Below are positions 48,201 to 63,200 of a DNA stretch of 64,000 bases, in pieces. Made by a program: the position numbers and the translations under genes. The stretch covers positions 1,736,001-1,800,000 of the forward strand of contig JASTWF010000035.1 of the NCBI GenBank assembly GCA_030390025.1. Reading direction: 5' to 3'. Numbering within the stretch: position 1 is the stretch's first letter; each line of letters starts with the position of its first letter. The notes beneath the pieces were generated by a model that saw nothing but the letters and a program-made list of their open reading frames with translations, searched no databases and was not told where the DNA came from. The stretch is from Squalus acanthias (taxonomy: Eukaryota).

Positions 48201-51200
48201 GGGAGTGAGACTGTCCAGTGTGTAATCCATTGACTCAGGGGGAGTGGGACTGTCCAGTGTGTAATCCATTGACTCAGGGGGAGTGAGACTGTCCAGTGTG
48301 TAATCCATTGACTCAGGGGGATGAGACTGTCCAGTGTGTAATCCATTGACTCAGGGGAGTGGGACTGTCCAGTGTGTAATCCATTGACTCAGGGGGAGTG
48401 AGACTGTCCAGTGTGTAATCCATTGACTCCGGGGAGTGAGACTGTCCAGTGTGTAATCCATTGACTCAGGGGGAGTGAGACTGTCCAGTGTGTAATCCAT
48501 TGACTCAGGGGGAGTGGGACTGTCCAGTGTGTAATCCATTGACTCAGGGGGAGTGAGACTGTCCAGTGTGTAATCCATTGACTCAGGGGAGTGAGACTGT
48601 CCAGTGTGTATCCATTGACTCAGGGGGAGTGAGACTGTCCAGTGTGTAATCCATTGACTCAGGGGGAGTGAGACTGTCCAGTGTGTAATCCATTGACTCA
48701 GGGGGAGTGAGACTGTCCAGTGTGTAATCCATTGACTCAGGGGGAGTGAGACTGTCCAGTGTGTAATCCATTGACTCAGGGGAGTGAGACTGTCCCAGTG
48801 TGTAATCCATTGACTCAGGGGGAGTGGGACTGTCCAGTGTGTAATCCATTGACTCAGGGGGAGTGGACTGTCCAGTGTGTAATCCATTGACTCAGGGGGA
48901 GTGGGACTGTCCAGTGTGTAATCCATTGACTCAGGGGGAGTGGGACTGTCCAGTGTGTAATCCATTGACTCAGGGGGAGTGGGACTGTCCAGTGTGTAAT
49001 CCATTGACTCAGGGGGAGTGAGACTGTCCAGTGTGTAATCCATTGACTCAGGGGGAGTGAGACTGTCCAGTGTGTAATCCATTGACTCAGGGGGAGTGAG
49101 ACTGTCCAGTGTGTAATCCATTGACTCAGGGGGAGTGAGACTGTCCAGTGTGTAATCCATTGACTCAGGGGGAGTGGGACTGTCCAGTGTGTAATCCATT
49201 GACTCAGGGGGAGTGAGACTGTCCAGTGTGTAATCCATTGACTCAGGGGGAGTGGGACTGTCCAGTGTGTAATCCATTGACTCAGGGGGAGTGAGACTGT
49301 CCAGTGTGTAATCCATTGACTCAGGGGGAGTGAGACTGTCCAGTGTGTAATCCATTGACTCAGGGGGAGTGAGACTGTCCAGTGTGTAATCCATTGACTC
49401 AGGGGGAGTGGGACTGTCCAGTGTGTAATCCATTGACTCAGGGACTGAGACTGTCCAGTGTGTAATCCATTGGACTCAGGGGGAGTGAGGACTGTCCAGT
49501 GTGTAATCCATTGACTCAGGGGAGTGAGACTGTCCAGTGTGTAATCCATTGACTCAGGGGAGTGAGGACTGTCCAGTGTGTAATCCATTGACTCAGGGGG
49601 AGCTGAGACTGTCCAGTGTGTAATCCATTGACTCAGGGGGAGTGAGACTGTCCAGTGTGTAATCCATTGACTCAGGGGGAGTGAGACTGTCCAGTGAGTA
49701 ATCCATTGACTCAGGGACTGAGACTGTCCAGTGTGTAATCCATTGACTCAGGGGGACTGAGACTGTCCAGTGTGTAATCCATTGACTCAGTGGGAGTGAG
49801 ACTGTCCAGTGTGTAATCCATTGACTCAGGGTGAGTGGGACTGTCCAGTGTGTAATCCATTGACTCGGTGAGTGAGACTGTCCAGTGTGTAATCCATTGA
49901 CTCAGGGGAGTGAGACTGTCCAGTGTGTAATCCATTGACTCAGGGGGAGTGAGACTGTCCAGTGTGTAATCCATTGACTCAGGGGGAGTGAGACTGTCCA
50001 GTGTGTAATCCATTGACTCAGGGGGAGTGGGACTGTCCAGTGTGTAATCCATTGACTCAGGGGGAGTGAGACTGTCCAGTGTGTAATCCATTGACTCAGG
50101 GGGAGTGGGACTGTCCAGTGTGTAATCCATTGACTCAGGGGGAGTGGGACTGTCCAGTGTGTAATCCATTGACTCGGGGAGTGAGACTGTCCAGTGTGTA
50201 ATCCATTGACTCAGGGGGAGTGAGACTGTCCAGTGTGTAATCCATTGACTCAGGGGGAGTGAGACTGTCCAGTGTGTAATCCATTGACTCAGGGGGAGTG
50301 AGACTGTCCAGTGTGTAATCCATTGACTCAGGGGAGTGGACTGTCCAGTGTGTAATCCATTGACTCAGGGGAGTGAGACTGTCCAGTGTGTAATCCATTG
50401 ACTCAGGGGGAGTGAGACTGTCCAGTGTGTAATCCATTGACTCAGGGGGAGTGAGACTGTCCAGTGTGTAATCCATTGACTCAGGGGGAGTGGGACTGTC
50501 CAGTGTGTAATCCATTGACTCAGGGGGAGTGAGACTGTCCAGTGGTGTAATCCATTGACTCAGGGGAGTGAGACTGTCCAGTGTGTAATCCATTGACTCA
50601 GGGGGAGTGGGACTGTCCAGTGTGTAATCCATTGACTCAGGGGGAGTGCCCAGGGAACTGTCCAGTGTGGTAATCCATTGACTCAGGGGGACTGAGACTG
50701 TCCAGTGTGTAATCCATTGACTCGGGGGAGTGAGACTGTCCAGTGTGTAATCCATTGACTCAGGGTGAGTGGGACCTGTCCAGTGTGTAATCCATTGACT
50801 CAGGGGGAGCGAGACTGTCCAGTGTGTAATCCATTGACTCAGGGGGAGTGAGACTGTCCAGTGTGTAATCCATTGACTCAGGGGGGAGTGTGACTGTCCA
50901 GTGTGTAATCCATTGACTCAGGGGGAGTGAGACTGTCCAGTGTGTAATCCATTGACTGAGGGGAGTGGGACTGTCCAGTGTGTAATCCATTGACTGAGGG
51001 GAGTGGGACTGTCCAGTGTGTAATCCATTGACTCAGGGGAGTGGGACTGTCCAGTGTGTAATCATTGACTGAGGGGGAGTGAGACTGTCCAGTGTGTAAT
51101 CCATTGACTCGGGGAGTGAGACTGTCCAGTGTGTAATCCATTGACTCAGGGGGAGTGAGACTGTCCAGTGTGTAATCCTTGACTCAGGGGGAGTGAGACT

Positions 51201-54200
51201 GTCCAGTGTGTAATCCATTGACTCAGGGGGAGTGAGACTGTCCAGTGTGTAATCCATTGACTCAGGGGGAGTGGACTGTCCAGTGTGTAATCCATTGACT
51301 CAGGGGGAGTGAGACTGTCCAGTGTGTAATCCATTGACTCAGGGGGAGTGGGACGGTCCAGTGTGTAATCCATTGACTCAGGGGGAGTGAGACTGTCCAG
51401 TGTGTAATCCATTGACTCAGGGGGAGTGAGACTGTCCAGTGTGTAATCCATTGACTCAGGGGGAGTGAGACTGTCCAGTGTGTAATCCATTGACTCAGGG
51501 GGAGTGGACTGTCCAGTGTGTAATCCATTGACTCAGGGGAGTGAGCTGTCCAGTGTGTAATCCATTGATCAGGGAGTGGTCTGTCAGTGTAATCCATTGA
51601 CTCAGGGGGAGTGAGACTGTCCAGTGTGTAATCCATTGACTCAGGGGGAGTGGGACTGTCCAGTGTGTAATCCATTGACTCAGGGGAGTGAGACTGTCCA
51701 GTGTGTAATCCATTGACTCAGGGGGAGTGAGACTGTCCAGTGTGTAATCCATTGACTCAGGGGAGTGAGACTGTCCAGGACTGTCCAGTGTGTAATCCAT
51801 TGACTCAGGGGGAGTGAGACTGTCCAGTGTGTAATCCATTGACTCAGGGGGAGTGAGACTGTCCAGTGTGTAATCCATTGACTCAGGGGGAGTGAGACTG
51901 TCCAGTGTGTAATCCATTGACTCGGGGAGTGAGACTGTCCAGTGTGTAATCCATTGACTCAGGGGGAGTGAGACTGTCCAGTGTGTAATCCATTGACTCA
52001 GGGGGAGTGGGACTGTCCAGTGTGTAATCCATTGACTCAGGGGGAGTGAGACTGTCCAGTGTGTAATCCATTGACTCAGGGGGAGTGAGACTGTCCAGTG
52101 TGTAATCCATTGACTCAGGGGGAGTGAGACTGTCCAGTGTGTAATCCATTGACTCAGGGGGAGTGGGACTGTCCAGTGTGTAATCCATTGACTCAGGGGG
52201 AGTGAGACTGTCCAGTGTGTAATCCATTGACTCAGGGGGAGTGAGACTGTCCAGTGTGTAATCCATTGACTCAGGGGGAGTGAGACTGTCCAGTGTGTAA
52301 TCCATTGACTCAGGGGGAGTGAGACTGTCCAGTGTGTAATCCATTGACTCAGGGGGAGTGAGACTGTCCAGTGTGTAATCCATTGACTCAGGGGGAGTGA
52401 GACTGTCCAGTGTGTAATCCATTGACTCAGGGGGAGTGAGACTGTCCAGTGTGTAATCCATTGACTCAGGGGGAGTGGGACTGTCCAGTGTGTAATCCAT
52501 TGACTCAGGGGGAGTGAGACTGTCCAGTGTGTAATCCATTGACTCAGGGGGAGTGAGACTGTCCAGTGTGTAATCCATTGACTCAGGGGGAGTGAGACTG
52601 TCCAGTGTGTAATCCATTGACTCAGGGGGAGTGGGACTGTCCAGTGTGTAATCCATTGACTCAGGGGGAGTGAGACTGTCCAGTGTGTAATCCATTGACT
52701 CAGGGGGAGTGAGACTGTCCAGTGTGTAATCCATTGACTCAGGGGGAGTGAGACTGTCCAGTGTGTAATCCATTGACTCAGGGGGAGTGAGACTGTCCAG
52801 TGTGTAATCCATTGACTCAGGGGGAGTGGACTGTCCAGTGTGTAATCCATTGACTCAGGGGGAGTGAGACTGTCCAGTGTGTAATCCATTGACTCAGGGG
52901 GAGTGAGACTGTCCAGTGTGTAATCCATTGACTCAGGGGGACTGAGACTGTCAGTGTGTAATCATTGACTCAGGGAGTGAGACTGTCCAGTGTGTAATCC
53001 ATTGACTCAGGGGGAGTGAGACTGTCCAGTGTGTAATCCATTGACTCAGGGGGAGTGAGACTGTCCAGTGTGTAATCCATTGACTCAGGGGGAGTGAGAC
53101 TGTCCAGTGTGTAATCCATTGACTCAGGGGGAGTGAGGACTGTCCAGTGTGTAATCCATTGACTCAGGGGACGTGAGACTGTCCAGTGTGTAATCCATTG
53201 ACTCAGGGGGAGTGGGACTGTCCAGTGTGTAATCCATTGACTCAGGGGGAGTGGACTGTCCAGTGTGTAATCCATTGACTCAGGGGGAGTGGGACTGTCC
53301 AGTGTGTAATCCATTGACTCAGGGGGAGTGAGACTGTCCAGTGTGTAATCCATTGACTCGGGGAGTGAGACTGTCCAGTGTGTAAATCCATTGACTCAGG
53401 GGGAGTGAGACTGTCCAGTGTGTAATCCATTGACTCAGGGGGAGTGAGACTGTCCAGTGTGTAATCCATTGACTCAGGGGGAGTGAGACTGTCCAGTGTG
53501 TAATCCATTGACTCAGGGGGAGTGAGACTGTCCAGTGTGTAATCCATTGACTCAGGGGGAGTGAGACTGTCCAGTGGTGTAATCCATTGACTCAGGGGGA
53601 GTGAGACTGTCCAGTGTGTAATCCATTGACTCAGGGGGAGTGAGACTGTCCAGTGTGTAATCATTGACTCAGGGGGAGTGAGGACTGTCCAGTGTGTAAT
53701 CCATTGACTCAGGGGGAGTGAGACTGTCCAGTGTGTAATCCATTGACTCGGGAGTGAGACTGTCCAGTGTGTAATCCATTGACTCAGGGGGAGTGGGACT
53801 GTCCAGTGTGTAATCCATTGACTCAGGGGAGTGAGACTGTCCAGTGTGTAATCCATTGACTCGGGGAGTGAGACTGTCCAGTGTGTAATCCATTGACTCA
53901 GGGGGAGTGGGACTGTCCGTGTGTAATCCATTGACTCAGGGAGTGGACTGTCCAGTGTGTAATCCCATTGACTCAGGGGGAGTGAGGACTGTCCAGTGTG
54001 TAATCCATTGACTCAGTGGGGAGCTGAGACTGTCCAGTGTGTAATCCATTGACTCAGGGGGAGTGAGACTGTCCAGTGTGTAATCCATTGACTCAGGGGG
54101 AGTGAGACTGTCCAGTGTGTAATCCATTGACTCAGGGGGAGTGAGACTGTCCAGTGTGTAATCCATTGACTCAGGGGGAGTGAGACTGTCCAGTGTGTAA

Positions 54201-57200
54201 TCCATTGACTCAGGGGGAGTGGGACTGTCCAGTGTGTAATCCATTGACTCAGGGGGAGTGGGACTGTCCAGTGTGTAATCCATTGACTCAGGGGGAGTGA
54301 GACTGTCCAGTGTGTAATCCATTGACTCAGGGGGAGTGAGACTGTCCAGTGTGTAATCCATTGACTCAGGGGGAGTGAGACTGTCCAGTGTGTAATCCAT
54401 TGACTCAGGGGGAGTGAGACTGTCCAGTGTGTAATCCATTGACTCAGGGGGAGTGAGACTGTCCAGTGTGTAATCCATTGACTCAGGGGGAGTGAGACTG
54501 TCCAGTGTGTAATCCATTGACTCAGGGGGAGTGAGACTGTCCAGTGTGTAATCCATTGACTCAGGGGGAGTGAGACTGTCCAGTGTGTAATCCATTGACT
54601 CAGGGGGAGTGAGACTGTCCAGTGTGTAATCCATTGACTCAGGGGGAGTGGGACTGTCCAGTGTGTAATCATTGACTCAGGGGGAGTGAGACTGTCCAGT
54701 GTGTAATCCATTGACTCAGGGGAGTGAGACTGTCCAGTGTGTAATCCATTGACTCAGGGGGAGTGGGACTGTCCGTGTGTAATCCATTGACTCAGGGGGA
54801 GTGGGACTGTCCAGTGTGTAATCCATTGACTCAGGGGGAGTGAGACTGTCCAGTGTGTAATTCCATTGACTCGGCGGACGTGAGACTGTCCAGTGTGTAA
54901 TCCATTGACTCAGGGGGAGAGGACTGTCCCAGTGTGTATCCATTGACTCAGGGGGAGTGGGACTGTCCCAGGTGTAATCCATTGACTCAGGGGGAGTGAG
55001 ACTGTCCAGTGTGTAATCCCATTGACTCAGGGGGAGTGGGACTGTCCAGTGTGTAATCCATTGACTCAGGGGATGAGACTGTCCAGTGTGTAATCCATAG
55101 ACTCAGGGGGAGTGAGACTGTCCAGTGTGTTTCGATTGACTCGGGAGTGAGACTGTCCAGTGTGTAATCCATTGACTCAGGGGGAGTGAGGACTGTCAGT
55201 GTGTAATCCATTGACTCTGGGGGAGTGGGACTGTCCAGTGTGTAATCCATTGACTCAGGGGGAGTGGGACTGTCCAGTGTGTAATCCATTGACTCAGGGG
55301 GAGTGGGACTGTCCAGTGTGTAATCCATTGACTCAGGGGGAGTGGGACTGTCCAGTGTGTAATCCATTGACTCAGGGGGAGTGAGGACTGTCCAGTGTGT
55401 AATCCATTGACTCAGGGGGAGTGGGACTGTCCAGTGTGTAATCCATTGACTCAGGGGGAGTGGGACTGTCCAGTGTGTAATCCATTGACTCAGGGGGAGT
55501 GAGACTGTCCAGTGTGTAATCCATTGACTCAGGGGGAGTGGGACTGTCCAGTGTGTAATCCATTGACTCAGGGGAGTGAGACTGTCCAGTGTGTAATCCA
55601 TTGACTCAGGGGGAGTGGGACTGTCCAGTGTGTAATCCATTGACTCGGGGAGTGAGACTGTCCAGTGTGTAATCCATTGACTCAGGGGGAGTGAGACTGT
55701 CCAGTGTGTAATCCATTGACTCAGGGGGAGTGGGACTGTCCAGTGTGTAATCCATTGACTCAGGGGGAGTGAGACTGTCCAGTGTGTAATCCATTGACTC
55801 AGGGGGAGTGGGACTGTCCAGTGTGTAATCCATTGACTCAGGGGGAGTGAGACTGTCCAGTGTGTAATCCATTGACTCAGGGGGAGTGAGACTGTCCAGT
55901 GTGTAATCCATTGACTCAGGGGGAGTGAGACTGTCCAGTGTGTAATCCATTGACTCAGGGGGAGTGAGACTGTCCAGTGTGTAATCCATTGACTCAGGGG
56001 GAGTGAGACTGTCCAGTGTGTAATCCATTGACTCAGGGGAGTGAGACTGTCCAGTGTGTAATCCATTGACTCAGGGGGAGTGAGACTGTCCAGTGTGTAA
56101 TCCATTGACTCAGGGGGAGTGAGACTGTCCAGTGTGTAATCCATTGACTCAGGGGGAGTGAGACTGTCCAGTGTGTAATCCATTGACTCAGGGGGAGTGA
56201 GACTGTCCAGTGTGTAATCCATTGACTCAGGGGGAGTGAGACTGTCCAGTGTGTAATCCATTGACTCAGGGGGAGTGAGACTGTCCAGTGTGTAATCCAT
56301 TGACTCAGGGGAGTGAGACTGTCCAGTGTGTAATCCATTGACTCAGGGGGAGTGAGACTGTCCAGTGTGTAATCCATTGACTCAGGGGGAGTGGGACTGT
56401 CCAGTGTGTAATCCATTGACTCAGGGGGAGTGAGACTGTCCAGTGTGTAATCCATTGACTCAGGGGGAGTGAGACTGTCCAGTGTGTAATCCATTGACTC
56501 AGGGGAGTGAGACTGTCCAGTGTGTAATCCATTGACTCAGGGGGAGTGAGACTGTCCAGTGTGTAATCCATTGACTCAGGGGGAGTGAGACTGTCCAGTG
56601 TGTAATCCATTGACTGAGGGGAGTGGGACTGTCCAGTGTGTAATCCATTGACTCAGGGGGAGTGAGACTGTCCAGTGTGTAATCCATTGACTCAGGGGGA
56701 GTGGGACTGTCCAGTGTGTAATCCATTGACTCAGGGGAGTGAGACTGTCCAGTGTGTAATCCATTGACTCAGGGGGAGTGGGACTGTCCAGTGTGTAATC
56801 CATTGACTCAGGGGGAGTGAGACTGTCCAGTGTGTAATCCATTGACTGAGGGGAGTGGGACTGTCCAGTGTGTAATCCATTGACTCAGGGGGAGTGAGAC
56901 TGTCCAGTGTGTAATCCATTGACTCAGGGGGAGTGGACTGTCCAGTGTGTAATCCATTGACTCAGGGGGAGTGGGACTGTCCAGTGTGTAATCCATTGAC
57001 TCAGGGGGAGTGAGACTGTCCAGTGTGTAATCCATTGACTCAGGGGGAGTGAGACTGTCCAGTGTGTAATCCATTGACTCAGGGGGAGTGGACTGTCCAG
57101 TGTGTAATCCATTGACTCAGGGGGGAGTGAGACTGTCCAGTGTGTAATCCATTGACTCAGGGGAGTGAGACTGTCCAGTGTGTAATCCATTGACTCAGGG

Positions 57201-60200
57201 GAGTGAGACTGTCCAGTGTGTAATCCATTGACTCAGGGGGAGTGAGACTGTCCAGTGTGTAATCCATTGACTCAGGGGGAGTGAGACTGTCCAGTGTGTA
57301 ATCCATTGACTCAGGGGGAGTGAGACTGTCCAGTGTGTAATCCATTGACTCAGGGGAGTGAGACTGTCCAGTGTGTAATCCATTGACTCAGGGGGAGTGA
57401 GACTGTCCAGTGTGTAATCCATTGACTCAGGGGGAGTGAGACTGTCCAGTGTGTAATCCATTGACTCAGGGGGAGTGAGACTGTCCAGTGTGTAATCCAT
57501 TGACTCAGGGGGAGTGAGACTGTCCAGTGTGTAATCCATTGACTCAGGGGGAGTGAGACTGTCCAGTGTGTAATCCATTGACTCAGGGGGAGTGAGACTG
57601 TCCAGTGTGTAATCCATTGACTCAGGGGGAGTGAGACTGTCCAGTGTGTAATCCATTGACTCAGGGGGAGTGAGACTGTCCAGTGTGTAATCCATTGACT
57701 CAGGGGGAGTGAGACTGTCCAGTGTGTAATCCATTGACTCAGGGGAGTGAGACTGTCCAGTGTGTAATCCATTGACTCAGGGGGAGTGAGACTGTCCAGT
57801 GTGTAATCCATTGACTCAGGGGGAGTGAGACTGTCCAGTGTGTAATCCATTGACTCAGGGGAGTGAGACTGTCCAGTGTGTAATCCATTGACTCAGGGGG
57901 AGTGAGACTGTCCAGTGTGTAATCCATTGACTCAGGGGGAGTGAGACTGTCCAGTGTGTAATCCATTGACTCAGGGGGAGTGAGACTGTCCAGTGTGTAA
58001 TCCATTGACTCAGGGGAGTGAGACTGTCCAGTGTGTAATCCATTGACTCAGGGGGAGTGAGACTGTCCAGTGTGTAATCCATTGACTCAGGGGGAGTGAG
58101 ACTGTCCAGTGTGTAATCCATTGACTCAGGGGGAGTGAGACTGTCCAGTGTGTAATCCATTGACTCAGGGGGAGTGAGACTGTCCAGTGTGTAATCCATT
58201 GACTCAGGGGGAGTGAGACTGTCCAGTGTGTAATCCATTGACTCAGGGGGAGTGAGACTGTCCAGTGTGTAATCCATTGACTCAGGGGGAGTGGACTGTC
58301 CAGTGTGTAATCCATTGACTCAGGGGGAGTGAGACTGTCCAGTGTGTAATCCATTGACTCAGGGGGAGTGAGACTGTCCAGTGTGTAATCCATTGACTCA
58401 GGGAGTGAGACTGTCCAGTGTGTAATCCATTGACTCAGGGGGAGTGAGACTGTCCAGTGTGTAATCCATTGACTCAGGGGGAGTGAGACTGTCCAGTGTG
58501 TAATCCATTGACTCAGGGGGAGTGAGACTGTCCAGTGTGTAATCCATTGACTCAGGGGGAGTGAGACTGTCCAGTGTGTAATCCATTGACTCAGGGGGAG
58601 TGAGACTGTCCAGTGTGTAATCCATTGACTCAGGGGGAGTGAGACTGTCCAGTGTGTAATCCATTGACTCAGGGGAGTGAGACTGTCCAGTGTGTAATCC
58701 ATTGACTCAGGGGGAGTGAGACTGTCCAGTGTGTAATCCATTGACTCAGGGGGAGTGAGACTGTCCAGTGTGTAATCCATTGACTCAGGGGGAGTGAGAC
58801 TGTCCAGTGTGTAATCCATTGACTCAGGGGGAGTGAGACTGTCCAGTGTGTAATCCATTGACTCAGGGGGAGTGGGACTGTCCAGTGTGTAATCCATTGA
58901 CTCAGGGGGAGTGAGACTGTCCAGTGTGTAATCCATTGACTCAGGGGGAGTGAGACTGTCCAGTGTGTAATCCATTGACTCAGGGGGAGTGAGACTGTCC
59001 AGTGTGTAATCCATTGACTCAGGGGGAGTGAGACTGTCCAGTGTGTAATCCATTGACTCAGGGGGAGTGGGACTGTCCAGTGTGTAATCCATTGACTCAG
59101 GGGGAGTGAGACTGTCCAGTGTGTAATCCATTGACTCAGGGGGAGTGAGACTGTCCAGTGTGTAATCCATTGACTCAGGGGAGTGAGACTGTCCAGTGTG
59201 TAATCCATTGACTCAGGGGGAGTGAGACTGTCCAGTGTGTAATCCATTGACTCAGGGGGAGTGAGACTGTCCAGTGTGTAATCCATTGACTCAGGGGGAG
59301 TGAGACTGTCCAGTGTGTAATCCATTGACTCAGGGGGAGTGAGACTGTCCAGTGTGTAATCCATTGACTCAGGGGGAGTGAGACTGTCCAGTGTGTAATC
59401 CATTGACTCAGGGGGAGTGAGACTGTCCAGTGTGTAATCCATTGACTCAGGGGGAGTGAGACTGTCCAGTGTGTAATCCATTGACTCAGGGGGAGTGAGA
59501 CTGTCCAGTGTGTAATCCATTGACTCAGGGGAGTGAGACTGTCCAGTGTGTAATCCATTGACTCAGGGGGAGTGAGACTGTCCAGTGTGTAATCCATTGA
59601 CTCAGGGGGAGTGAGACTGTCCAGTGTGTAATCCATTGACTCAGGGGGAGTGAGACTGTCCAGTGTGTAATCCATTGACTCAGGGGAGTGAGACTGTCCA
59701 GTGTGTAATCCATTGACTCAGGGGGAGTGAGACTGTCCAGTGTGTAATCCATTGACTCAGGGGGAGTGAGACTGTCCAGTGTGTAATCCATTGACTCAGG
59801 GGAAGTGAGACTGTCCAGTGTGTAATCCATTGACTCAGGGGGAGTGAGACTGTCCAGTGTGTAATCCATTGACTCAGGGGAGTGAGACTGTCAGTGTGTA
59901 ATCCATTGACTCAGGGGGAATTGAGACTGTCCAGTGTGTAATCCAATTGACTCAGGGGAGTGAGACTGTCCAGTGTGTAATCCATTGACTCGGGGAGTGA
60001 GGACTGTCCAAGTGTGTAATCCATTGACTCAGGGGGAGTGAGACTGTCCAGTGTGTAATCCATTGACTCAGGGGGAGTGGGACTGTCCAGTGGTGTAATC
60101 CATTGACTCTGGGGAGTGGGACTGTCCAGTGTGTAATCCTTTGACTCAGGGGAGTGAGACTGTCCAGTGTGTAATCCATTGACACGGGGGGAGTGAGACT

Positions 60201-63200
60201 GTCCAGTGGTGTAATCCATTGACTCAGGGAGTGAGACTGTCCAGTGTGTAATCCATTGACTCAGGGGGAGTGAGACTGTCCAGTGTGTAATCCATTGACT
60301 CAGGGGGAGTGAGACTGTCCAGTGTGTAATCCATTGACTCAGGGGGAGTGAGACTGTCCAGTGTGTAATCCATTGACTCAGGGGGAGTGAGACTGTCCAG
60401 TGTGTAATCCATTGACTCAGGGGGAGTGAGACTGTCCAGTGTGTAATCCATTGACTCAGGGGGAGTGAGACTGTCCAGTGTGTAATCCATTGACTCAGGG
60501 GGAGTGAGACTGTCCAGTGTGTAATCCATTGACTCAGGGGGAGTGAGACTGTCCAGTGTGTAATCCATTGACTCAGGGGGAGTGAGACTGTCCAGTGTGT
60601 AATCCATTGACTCAGGGGGAGTGAGACTGTCCAGTGTGTAATCCATTGACTCAGGGGGAGTGAGACTGTCCAGTGTGTAATCCATTGACTCAGGGGGAGT
60701 GGGACTGTCCAGTGTGTAATCCATTGACTCAGGGGGAGTGAGACTGTCCAGTGTGTAATCCATTGACTCAGGGGGAGTGAGACTGTCCAGTGTGTAATCC
60801 ATTGACTCAGGGGGAGTGAGACTGTCCAGTGTGTAATCCATTGACTCAGGGGGAGTGAGACTGTCCAGTGTGTAATCCATTGACTCAGGGGGAGTGGACT
60901 GTCCAGTGTGTAATCCATTGACTCAGGGGGAGTGAGACTGTCCAGTGTGTAATCCATTGACTCAGGGGGAGTGAGACTGTCCAGTGTGTAATCCATTGAC
61001 TCAGGGGGAGTGAGACTGTCCAGTGTGTAATCCATTGACTCAGGGGAGTGAGACTGTCCAGTGTGTAATCCATTGACTCAGGGGGAGTGAGACTGTCCAG
61101 TGTGTAATCCATTGACTCAGGGGGAGTGAGACTGTCCAGTGTGTAATCCATTGACTCAGGGGGAGTGAGACTGTCCAGTGTGTAATCCATTGACTCAGGG
61201 GAGTGAGACTGTCCAGTGTGTAATCCATTGACTCAGGGGAGTGAGACTGTCCAGTGTGTAATCCATTGACTCAGGGGTCTGAGACTGTCCAGTGTGTAAT
61301 CCATTGACTCAGGGAGTGAGACTGTCCAGTGTGTAATCCATTTACTCAGGGGGCGTGGGACTGTCCAGTGTGTAATCCATTGACTCAGGGGGAGTGAGAC
61401 TGTCCAGTGTGTAAATCCATTGGACTAGGGGGAGTTAGGACTGTCCAGTGTGTAATCCATTGACTCAGGGGGACTGAGACTGTCCAGTGTGTAATCCATT
61501 GACTCAGGGGGAGTGAGACTGTTCCAGTGTGTAATCCATTGACTCAGGGGGAGTGAGACTGTCCAGTGTGTAATCCATTGACTCAGGGAGTGAGACTGTC
61601 CAGTGTGTAATCCATTGACTCAGGGGGAGTGAGACTGTCCAGTGTGTAATCCATTGACTCAGGGGAGTGGGACTGTCCAGTGTGTAATCCATTGACTCAG
61701 GGGGAGTGAGACTGTCCAGTGTGTAATCCATTGCTCAGGGGAGTGAGACTGTTCCAGTGTGTTATCCATTGACTCTGGGGGAGTGGGACTGTCCAGTGTG
61801 TAATCCATTGACTCAGGGGGAGTGAGACTGTCCAGTGTGTAATCCATTGACTCAGGGGGAGTGAGACTGTCCAGTGTGTAATCCATTGACTCAGGGGGAG
61901 TGGGACTGTCCAGTGTGTAATCCATTGACTCAGGGGGAGTGAGACTGTCCAGTGTGTAATCCATTGACTCAGGGGGAGTGAGACTGTCCAGTGTGTAATC
62001 CATTGACTCGGGGAGTGAGACTGTCCAGTGTGTAATCCATTGACTCAGGGGGAGTGAGACTGTCCAGTGTGTAATCCATTGACTCAGGGGGAGTGAGACT
62101 GTCCAGTGTGTAATCCATTGACTCAGGGGGAGTGAGACTGTCCAGTGTGTAATCCATTGACTCAGGGGGAGTGAGACTGTCCAGTGTGTAATCCATTGAC
62201 TCAGGGGGAGTGAGACTGTCCAGTGTGTAATCCATTGACTCAGGGGGAGTGAGACTGTCCAGTGTGTAATCCATTGACTCAGGGGGAGTGAGACTGTCCA
62301 GTGTGTAATCCATTGACTCAGGGGGAGTGGGACTGTCCAGTGTGTAATCCATTGACTCAGGGGGAGTGGGACTGTCCAGTGTGTAATCCATTGACTCAGG
62401 GGGAGTGGACTGTCCAGTGTGTAATCCATTGACTCAGGGGAGTGAGACTGTCCAGTGTGTAATCCATTGACTCAGGGGAGTGAGACTGTCCAGTGTGTAA
62501 TCCATTGACTCAGGGGAGTGAGACTGTCCAGTGTGTAATCCATTGACTCAGGGGGAGTGAGACTGTCCAGTGTGTAATCCATTGACTCAGGGGGAGTGAG
62601 ACTGTCCAGTGTGTAATCCATTGACTCAGGGGAGTGAGACTGTCCAGTGTGTAATCCATTGACTCAGGGGAGTGGGACTGTCCAGTGTGTAATCCATTGA
62701 CTCAGGGGAGTGAGACTGTCCAGTGTGTAATCCATTGACTCAGGGGAGTGAGACTGTCCAGTGTGTAATCCATTGACTCAGGGGGAGTGAGACTGTCCAG
62801 TGTGTAATCCATTGACTCAGGGGAGTGGGACTGTCCCAGTGTGTAATCCATTGACTCAGGGGGATTGAGACTGTCCAGTGTGTAATCCATTGACTCAGGG
62901 GAGTGGGACTGTCCAGTGTGTAATCCATTGACTCAGGGGAGTGAGACTGTCCAGTGTGTAATCCATTGACTCAGGGGGAGTGGGACTGTCCAGTGTGTAA
63001 TCCATTGACTCAGGGGGAGTGAGACTGTCCAGTGTGTAATCCTTTGACTCAGGGGGAGTGAGACTGTCCGTGTGTAATCCATTGACTCAGGGGAGTGAGA
63101 CTGTCCAGTGTGTAATCCATTGACTCAGGGGGAGTGAGACTGTCCAGTGTGTAATCCATTGACTCAGGGGAGTGGAGACTGTCCAGTGTGTAATCCATTG